Of a stretch of 64,000 bases of DNA, positions 57,721 through 64,000 are shown one piece after another. The translations under genes were made by a program, and so were the position numbers. How positions within the stretch are numbered: position 1 is the stretch's first letter; each line of letters starts with the position of its first letter. This DNA comes from a virus: positions 49,081 to 113,080 of the IMG/VR virus record IMGVR_UViG_3300032331_001766; one strand, given 5' to 3'. Under the pieces are notes generated by a model. The model was not told the origin of the DNA and made no database searches. It was given only the letters and a program-made list of their open reading frames with translations.

Positions 57721-57793
57721 GCTCCTATAGCTCAGTTGGTAGAGCAGCAGACTTTTAATCTGCGGGTCGATGGTTCGAGACCATCTGGGGGCA
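57721..57793 (+). tRNA. tRNA-Lys(TTT)
   Basis: GCTCCTA/TGGGGGC, GCAGA-CTTTTAA-TCTGC and GATGG-TTCGAGA-CCATC. Confidence 0.92.
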
Positions 57794-57819
57794 CTTAGTA
57801 GAAATGGTATACTTAAATT

Positions 57820-58869
57820 ATGGATAAAATATTTATTTCAATGGGAAGCTATGATGAAAAATACCTATATCAAACTATAGGTAGTGCTGTATCAAATGCT
57901 AAGTTTCCTGAAAATATTGTAATCGGAATACATAACATTCACCCAAATGATGTAGAGTATGACCTTGGAATATACAAAGATCACGTTAGATTTTTAAATA
58001 CTCCCTACCCAAATCCAATGGGGACTGGATATGGAAGACTGTCCGCCAGCCTACTTTGTCCAAAAGATTGTAAATATATTTTTCAGGTGGACGCACATAT
58101 GCTATTTGAAAAAAATTGGGATGAAGATATTCTTTTTAGATATAAAGAAATTAAAAAAGAGCACGATAAAGTTATTATAACAAAATATTTAATGTACTGG
58201 AATGAAATAGATGGTAAAGTAAAAATATTTAATAATGGTGAATATGTAGAATGCGATCCATACAATATGCCTAACACAACTCTGCCAACACATGTTCCAG
58301 CAAGTTTAAAGTATGATTCAATTGAGGGTTGTATTAATTACAGGTTTCCGTCCATGATTGGCTATCAGGACAATTGGTCTGAATCAGATACATATAAAGA
58401 ACAAGTTGGGGTTTCTGGACATTTTATGTTTACGGAATCTTCTTCAATCAAAGAGTTACTATATGACCCACTGGTTACTTGGGCGGCAGATGAAGTAATT
58501 TTTTCTTTAAGAGCACATACGAGAGGATACAAGGTTGTAACTATAAGGGAAGTAATTGCTTGGCACATGGATAAACAATTTAGAGCTGATCCAGCATCTG
58601 GTATAGATTTTATGAAATATTCAGATGAGTATAAAAAGAAATTGGCCGACGAGTATGATCAATTTTTTTATCATGGAATGAGAAGGATTAAAGACTTAGT
58701 TCTTGGAGATGAAGTAGGATTCTGGGGAGCCCCAGACCGAGAAACGTTAAATAAATACCATGAATTTGCAGGTTTTGATTTTGCTGGTTTTTATAATGCC
58801 CTGAAGATTGACCTTCAAAAAGACAATGGTAATGCTCGTGCTCTCAATATCATGTATGATATAATTTAA
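57820..58869 (+). CDS. GlcNAc transferase, Skp1-hydroxyproline Gnt1/GT60-like
   Basis: IFISMGSYDE, G.GYGR, YIFQVDAHMLFEKNWDE, SGHFMF, YDP..WAADE..FSLRAHTRGY and AWH match the Gnt1-like GlcNAc family pattern. Confidence 0.8.
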   Translation: MDKIFISMGSYDEKYLYQTIGSAVSNAKFPENIVIGIHNIHPNDVEYDLGIYKDHVRFLNTPYPNPMGTGYGRLSASLLCPKDCKYIFQVDAHMLFEKNWDEDILFRYKEIKKEHDKVIITKYLMYWNEIDGKVKIFNNGEYVECDPYNMPNTTLPTHVPASLKYDSIEGCINYRFPSMIGYQDNWSESDTYKEQVGVSGHFMFTESSSIKELLYDPLVTWAADEVIFSLRAHTRGYKVVTIREVIAWHMDKQFRADPASGIDFMKYSDEYKKKLADEYDQFFYHGMRRIKDLVLGDEVGFWGAPDRETLNKYHEFAGFDFAGFYNALKIDLQKDNGNARALNIMYDII

Positions 58870-58871
58870 GG

Positions 58872-59321
58872 ATGGAAGAATTAATAGCAGCCCTGAAAAA
58901 ATGGCAAGCAAACTCTGTGGTGTTTTATAGCACTGCACATGGTTTTCATTGGAATGTAGAAGGCCCATTGTTTACACAGTACCACACATTCTTTGAAGAG
59001 ATATACACAGATGTATATGGAACAATTGATACAATTGCAGAGTGGATTCGAAAGTTTGATACACCAGCACCTTATTTATTACAAGATTTTATTGCATCTC
59101 AGACATATGGTGATGTTCAGCTAGACTCTAACTCACCACTTGCAATGTCAAGACAACTTTTGTCAATGAATGATGTTATGATTGAAAGCATTAAGCAAAT
59201 GTTTGACGTTGCTACAATTCAAAAAGAACAAGGTCTTGCAAACTTTTTAGCAGATAGACAAGACAAACATCAGTTCTGGGGATGGTGGCTTAAATCATCT
59301 CTTAAATCAACAATTAACTAG
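58872..59321 (+). CDS. dps: Dps/ferritin-like protein
   Basis: HGFHWNVEGPLFTQYHTFFEEIY...DTIAEWIR. Confidence 0.92.
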   Translation: MEELIAALKKWQANSVVFYSTAHGFHWNVEGPLFTQYHTFFEEIYTDVYGTIDTIAEWIRKFDTPAPYLLQDFIASQTYGDVQLDSNSPLAMSRQLLSMNDVMIESIKQMFDVATIQKEQGLANFLADRQDKHQFWGWWLKSSLKSTIN

Positions 59322-59330
59322 GAGATAAAA

Positions 59331-59945
59331 ATGTCAGCAGTACAAGGCTCAGCAGCAAGATTAGTAGAAGTAGCATTAGGCGAAATTGGATATATTGAAG
59401 GTCCAAAAGATAACGAAACAAAGTACGGTAAGTTTACAAAATCAAATTTTCAACCATGGTGCGGAAGTTATATTATGTGGTGCGGAAATGAGGCTGGCGT
59501 AAAGATTCCTAATACAGTTTACACTCCAGCAGGTGCACAAGCATTTATTAAAGCAGGAACATGGCAGCCAGTAGAAACAGCTGCACCTGCAATTGGTGAT
59601 ATAGTTTATTTTGATTTTCCAAATGACGGCGTAGACAGAATTTCTCATGTAGGAATTGTTGTTGCAGTTAACACAGATGGCACAGTTGATGTCGCAGAAG
59701 GAAATACTAGCCCAGATAAAAAAGGAGATCAAAGAAACGGCGGACAGGCATGTCTTAAGAACCGTGCATACAAAAAGAAGAATGGCTCAAAGCTTCGCAA
59801 GTCACAGCCAGTATTTATTGTAGGATTTGGACGCCCAGCATTTGGTAATCCAGTTAAAACAAAATCAGATAAACCAGCAGCAAAGGCGGCACCCGTAAAG
59901 AAAGCGGCTCCTGTAAAGAAAGCTGCAATTAAGAAGCCAATGTAA
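59331..59945 (+). CDS. CHAP-domain endolysin with Lys/Ala/Pro-rich tail
   Basis: NETKYG, PWCGSY, GDIVYF and SHVGIV..EGNT. Confidence 0.85.
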   Translation: MSAVQGSAARLVEVALGEIGYIEGPKDNETKYGKFTKSNFQPWCGSYIMWCGNEAGVKIPNTVYTPAGAQAFIKAGTWQPVETAAPAIGDIVYFDFPNDGVDRISHVGIVVAVNTDGTVDVAEGNTSPDKKGDQRNGGQACLKNRAYKKKNGSKLRKSQPVFIVGFGRPAFGNPVKTKSDKPAAKAAPVKKAAPVKKAAIKKPM

Positions 59946-60349
59946 TGTACGAATACCATGTTAAGAAAGTAACTAATGTTGTAGACGGAGATACAATAGA
60001 CGTAGAAATTGATTTAGGTTTTGACATATCATTTAGTTCAAGAGTCAGGCTGGCTGGAATTGATACTCCAGAAAGCAGAACAAAAGATAAAGCCGAAAAA
60101 GCTTTAGGACTTGAAGCTAAAGAATATGTAAAGTCTAAGATTAAAGATGCTAAAGATGTTGTTATTAAGACAGAGAAGATGGATTCATCAGAAAAATATG
60201 GACGCATTTTAGGATGGCTTTATTTAGATGGATCTAAAGTTTCAGTCAATGAACAAATGATTGCAGATGGATATGCCTGGGGCTACTTAGGAGAGACTAA
60301 AGTCAAAGACTTCGAAGCGCTTGCAAAAATTAGGGCTAAAAAGAAATAG
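59945..60349 (+). CDS. Thermonuclease (SNase-like)
   Basis: VVDGDTI, RVRLAGIDTPE and EKYGRILG. Confidence 0.92.
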   Translation: MYEYHVKKVTNVVDGDTIDVEIDLGFDISFSSRVRLAGIDTPESRTKDKAEKALGLEAKEYVKSKIKDAKDVVIKTEKMDSSEKYGRILGWLYLDGSKVSVNEQMIADGYAWGYLGETKVKDFEALAKIRAKKK

Positions 60350-60376
60350 ACTTTAAAAAAGTTTTTTGATATAATG

Positions 60377-60437
60377 ATATACGGGTCGCCTTCGGGGGCC
60401 CGTATATTAATTTATTTGCTTATAAAGGAGAAATAAA
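60377..60437 (+). promoter_or_regulatory. Structured hsp20 5' UTR, ROSE-like RNA thermometer candidate
   Basis: TGATATAAT (60367-75); long C-UUCG-G hairpin (60377-60407); UUGCU next to SD AAGGAG inside a second hairpin. Confidence 0.5.
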
Positions 60438-60857
60438 ATGGTACAAACATACACATGGGACCTTTTCAAGGATCCCTTTTTTATTGGTTTCGATAACACA
60501 TGGAGCCGTTTAAATTCAGTTCACAATATAGCATCACATCAGGCATACCCACCATACGATATCATTAAGCTAGATGAAGATTCATTTAGAGTCGACCTTG
60601 CAGTTGCAGGCTTTGATAAAAAAGATATTGACGTGTCGGTAGACAACGGAACCTTAATTATAAAAGGAGAAGTTGGAGAAGGAGCAGAGGGAGAAGTTAT
60701 TCATAAGGGCATTGCCACAAGAAAATTTACTCGCACATTCGCTCTTGGTGAATATATGGAAGTAACTGGTGCAGATTTTCTAAATGGAATGCTACATATT
60801 AATGTAGAAAGAATTGTTCCAGAAGAGAAGAAGCCAAAGACTATTAAAGTCAAGTAG
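60438..60857 (+). CDS. Small heat shock protein (Hsp20/IbpA-like)
   Basis: YPPYDI, LAVAGF, HKGIATRKFTRTF, NGML and PEEKKP. Confidence 0.95.
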   Translation: MVQTYTWDLFKDPFFIGFDNTWSRLNSVHNIASHQAYPPYDIIKLDEDSFRVDLAVAGFDKKDIDVSVDNGTLIIKGEVGEGAEGEVIHKGIATRKFTRTFALGEYMEVTGADFLNGMLHINVERIVPEEKKPKTIKVK

Positions 60858-60870
60858 TAGTATAATAGAA

Positions 60871-60957
60871 ACCTGCATCCCTTCATCGGGCAGTCGCAGG
60901 TAAAATCGAGGGTCGCTACCCCTTGGATGGGACCTGAGCAAGTCTATAAACGGCTCA
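60871..60957 (+). ncRNA. Candidate structured RNA (two hairpins plus H-type pseudoknot)
   Basis: GC-rich island after TATAAT (60861-66) with ACCTGC/GCAGGT, CGAGGG/CCCTTG, GAC/GTC and TGAGC/GCTCA pairings. Confidence 0.4.
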
Positions 60958-60977
60958 TATAAATTTAAGGGGAAAAG

Positions 60978-61766
60978 TTGAATATTCATTGGATGCAAAG
61001 ATTCGATGGTAGTAACCCAAAAGAACTTAGAACTCTTTCAAATGTATTAGACTACTCTGGATACTACTCTGTTTTAACAGTCTATCATTCAAAGCTACCA
61101 GACTATTGGATAAAAATAGCAAATATAATAAATCCAGAACATAAATTAAAGTACATGATTGCAATGAGAACTTATGCAATTAGCCCAGAATACTGTGCAA
61201 TGGTCTGCGAAGGATTTAGTGAAATATCTCCCCAAAGATTGATCCTAAACGTTGCTGCTGGAGATATACATTCTGATGAAACAAGCAGGTCAGACGTTGT
61301 GGCTATATCTGAGCTTTTAAGAACACATGATGATCGAGTTAGATATACTGCTGAATGGCTAGAAAAGTTTACCTCCCTACCATTATTAAAAGATAAGCCA
61401 GAAATAGTTGTAAGCGGAACCTCTGAAGAAACAATCATAAATGCAAATAAATATGCTGATGCACATCTTTCAATGTATTCTAGCTACAAAGAAAAGCTAA
61501 AAGATTCTATTAAAACAAATAGGAAAATGGTGTCTAGTCCAATAATAATACGTGACACTAAGGCGGAGGCAGAGGATATATACAACCAATTACCAGACGA
61601 TATGGGTAAAAGGTCTTGCCTTTTTGGTACAGAAAATGAGATAATAGATACTATTAGCTCAATGAAGTCTGAAGGAATTACAGACCTTTTGGTTAGTAGA
61701 GTCCAAATAGATGATCAGCCCTATAGAATACATGGAATGGTAAAAAAAATAAATGATATCAGCTAA
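60978..61766 (+). CDS. Luciferase-like (LLM class) flavin-dependent monooxygenase, compact
   Basis: GYYSVL, LKYMIAMRTYAISP, RLILNVAAG, PEIVVSGTSE and LFGTENEI resemble the SsuD-like fold. Confidence 0.75.
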   Translation: MNIHWMQRFDGSNPKELRTLSNVLDYSGYYSVLTVYHSKLPDYWIKIANIINPEHKLKYMIAMRTYAISPEYCAMVCEGFSEISPQRLILNVAAGDIHSDETSRSDVVAISELLRTHDDRVRYTAEWLEKFTSLPLLKDKPEIVVSGTSEETIINANKYADAHLSMYSSYKEKLKDSIKTNRKMVSSPIIIRDTKAEAEDIYNQLPDDMGKRSCLFGTENEIIDTISSMKSEGITDLLVSRVQIDDQPYRIHGMVKKINDIS

Positions 61767-62343
61767 TGAAGTAAAAAAAATGATTGAAGATGCTAGGATT
61801 AATAAAAAAATATTGCATTTAAAATCAATGTTTTCAAATGTTCCAACATGGGATAAATTTATTAAACATTTAGATCATCATTTTAATACCGTTCCAGAAG
61901 GTCCAAAAGAAGAGTCTGATGAATGGCATATAATACATAATGGTACTGTTGCTAAGCCTGGATATTATTTTCATGTAAGAGACGCTATATCAAATTATGA
62001 ATTTACCTTTTTCCCAGAATCTGAAAATGTAGTTAATTTTTTTAATGAAGTTTATAATGAAAAAACTAATGGTGGTGGAACTTTTTTAAATATAGTTGGA
62101 AATGGAATGCTAGTACCAACTCATATTGATAATGTAGATAGCGTATTTTGGCAATGTCAGGGATCAACAGTTTGGGAAGTATTTTTAAACAAAGATGATC
62201 AAGGTAAGGGAATTCCACCAATACAAACAATAACTGTTGAACCAGGGGATATAATTGTTGTTCCTTTGGGTGTATTCCACGGATTAAATCCACATGTTGC
62301 AAGAGCAGCAATAGCTTTTAGATATCAGGAGGCGGAAGAGTAA
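61753..62343 (+). CDS. JmjC/cupin 2OG oxygenase
   Basis: THIDNVD..FWQCQGSTVW...VEPGDIIVVPLGVFH. Confidence 0.8.
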   Translation: MISANEVKKMIEDARINKKILHLKSMFSNVPTWDKFIKHLDHHFNTVPEGPKEESDEWHIIHNGTVAKPGYYFHVRDAISNYEFTFFPESENVVNFFNEVYNEKTNGGGTFLNIVGNGMLVPTHIDNVDSVFWQCQGSTVWEVFLNKDDQGKGIPPIQTITVEPGDIIVVPLGVFHGLNPHVARAAIAFRYQEAEE

Positions 62344-62344
62344 G

Positions 62345-62530
62345 ATGCCAGTATATGAATATAAGTGCTCTTATGATGACGCACACCCATTAATGTCAGT
62401 ACATAGATCAATTACAGATAGTGATCCAGGATATACATGTGCTGAATGTGAGTGTAATATGATAAGACATTTCACTCCGTTTGGCATACAGTTTAAAGGC
62501 ACTGGTTTTTACAAAACTGATAACGCTTAA
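62345..62530 (+). CDS. FmdB-family zinc-ribbon protein
   Basis: MPVYEYKC...CAEC...FKGTGFYKTD. Confidence 0.88.
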   Translation: MPVYEYKCSYDDAHPLMSVHRSITDSDPGYTCAECECNMIRHFTPFGIQFKGTGFYKTDNA

Positions 62531-62603
62531 CTTTAATTAGATATATCAACATGCTATAATTACTAAGTAAACAAAAATATTGTTTTACTTAGGAGATCCT
62601 TAG

Positions 62604-64000
62604 TTGACTAGAAAGTTTAAATACTTTATAACCAGCCTTTTTATAATTGGCTGGCTTTTCCTTTTTGGACCAAGTGTTGCGTATGGTGATGAAGTACCAG
62701 CGCCTGCAGAACAAGTAGTTGTAAGCCCCGCACAACAAGCTGTTAATACAGCACTTGCTACCGCAACCATAGAAGTAGCACAAGCAGCAGCAGCATCAGA
62801 CACAGCAACTGTAACAATAGCAACTGCTGTCCAAGCAGTAACAGCATCTAATACAGCCGTATCTGCAGCAAATACTGCGGTTACTGCTGCAACTACTGCG
62901 GTAGCGGAAGTTTCAAATGTATCACCACTTGTAGAAACTGCAACGGCGGTTGTGCAAGCAATTACTTCAACAGTAGCATCAGTTACACAAGCCGTAGCCG
63001 CAATACCAGTAACGGCTACAACTCAAACACCAGAAGTCGCTACAGCACAAGAAGTTGTTACAGCAGCAACCACTGTTGTTGAGTCTGCAACTACATCCTT
63101 AACACAAGCAGTTGCTACGGCAGCAACTCCAGCAGGATCACCCGTTCCATCTGTTACCGTAGAGCAAGTTTCTACAGCAATTGCAACAGAAGTTGCTCAA
63201 TCAGAAACAGCAACAGTTTTAGTTCAAGCAGCTCAGACAGCAATAGACACAGCAACTGCAACAGTTTCTACAGCAACTACGGCGGTGGCAGCAGTAACAC
63301 CTGCACGTACAGAGGCTCAAACACAATTAACCCAAGCAAACGTAGCAATTAATAACGCCCAGGATGCAGTTAATGCTCTCGCAGCAACTATTGGCACCAC
63401 AACAAACGTTTTAGCAAACACAGATGATGCTGGTGTACGTATGAATCTACCATTTAATTTACGTATGGGAAACACTGTTTATAACAATGTGTATGTAGGT
63501 TCAAATGCAACTATTACTTTTGGCGTAAATGAAGGACAAAATTATTATTCAACACCTACTGCTCCTTCGATTTCTATAGCAGGATATGATTGGACTACAT
63601 GGAGTAATGGCTCTGGAGTTACCTACTCAACAACAACTAACACCCTTTCAGTTGCTTGGGATGTTCGTGTATATCCTTTAAGAACTGCTGATACTCAAAT
63701 GACTCAAATTAGATTTAATGCAGATGTAAACCCAGCAGATGGCGCATGGCAAGCAGATGTAAGTGTGACTGGGCCAATACCAAATGGTGCTAGGTTTAAC
63801 GTAAGAGAGACAACTGGGGGTGCCGTAACAGCTATTGCTAATACAAGCACCACAACAGGTTTTACTGGAACAATCACTCAGGGCTCCGCATTTACTCCTA
63901 CCCCTGATCCAGACAATGCAACAGTCTTGGCAGCAATTGATACAGCAAATGCACAAATTGCTACATTAAACTCAGCAGTTACTGCTATTGTTGCAACAAA
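62604..64000 (+). CDS. Large secreted Ala/Thr/Val-rich protein (3' partial, not in ORF track)
   Basis: TTG start after AGGAG; signal peptide MTRKFKYFITSLFIIGWLFLFGPSVAYG/DEV; frame appears open to the window end; contains a DDAG..MNLPF..VYVGSNATITF beta domain. Confidence 0.8.
   Translation, partial: MTRKFKYFITSLFIIGWLFLFGPSVAYGDEVPAPAEQVVVSPAQQAVNTALATATIEVAQAAAASDTATVTIATAVQAVTASNTAVSAANTAVTAATTAVAEVSNVSPLVETATAVVQAITSTVASVTQAVAAIPVTATTQTPEVATAQEVVTAATTVVESATTSLTQAVATAATPAGSPVPSVTVEQVSTAIATEVAQSETATVLVQAAQTAIDTATATVSTATTAVAAVTPARTEAQTQLTQANVAINNAQDAVNALAATIGTTTNVLANTDDAGVRMNLPFNLRMGNTVYNNVYVGSNATITFGVNEGQNYYSTPTAPSISIAGYDWTTWSNGSGVTYSTTTNTLSVAWDVRVYPLRTADTQMTQIRFNADVNPADGAWQADVSVTGPIPNGARFNVRETTGGAVTAIANTSTTTGFTGTITQGSAFTPTPDPDNATVLAAIDTANAQIATLNSAVTAIVAT

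Noticed and set aside
60871-60933. HDV-like/theta ribozyme reading of the post-hsp20 element (ends in GATGGGAC)
   Set aside because: The stem order is loosely similar, but I could not identify a proper P3/L3, P1.1 GG or catalytic C in J4/2.
1-64000. Stop-codon reassignment or prophage/integration features
   Set aside because: Genes are full length in the standard code with TAA, TAG and TGA all used as stops; no suppressor tRNA, integrase or host genes are seen.

Overview
The window is a continuous, AT-rich segment of a large tailed dsDNA phage genome (siphovirus-type morphogenesis genes). Almost everything is on the + strand; one gene is on the - strand. Gene order and content resemble the large actinobacteriophages (Streptomyces BE/BK-like and uncultured freshwater relatives). 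Leaderless-style promoters and a short-arm tRNA-Leu(TAA) also point to an actinobacterial host (inference). Layout: head module (portal, protease-scaffold, capsid; 2.2-6.5 kb); neck and tail module with a -1 frameshifted chaperone, a 2479-aa tape measure protein and tail fibres (6.6-31 kb); replication and recombination (DnaB, primase, SSB, DnaE, RecA, Cas4-like, RuvC-like; 31-45 kb); a glycosylation/modification region wrapped around the terminase genes (45-59 kb); five tRNAs; and a stress/accessory block (Dps, CHAP lysin, SNase, Hsp20, LLM oxidoreductase, JmjC, a large secreted protein). Most notable: (1) the tape measure protein carries an apparently intact R-S-E ADP-ribosyltransferase domain and a second unknown domain, each bracketed by repeated [F/Y/R]xxGG motifs, suggesting an injected, possibly processed effector cargo; (2) several prolyl-hydroxylase-like oxygenases occur with a Skp1-type (GT60/Gnt1-like) GlcNAc transferase, other glycosyltransferases, a HAD-nucleotidyltransferase-GT61 fusion and a carbamoyltransferase cassette; (3) structured non-coding elements flank hsp20. 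All calls come from reading motifs by eye; no searches were run.
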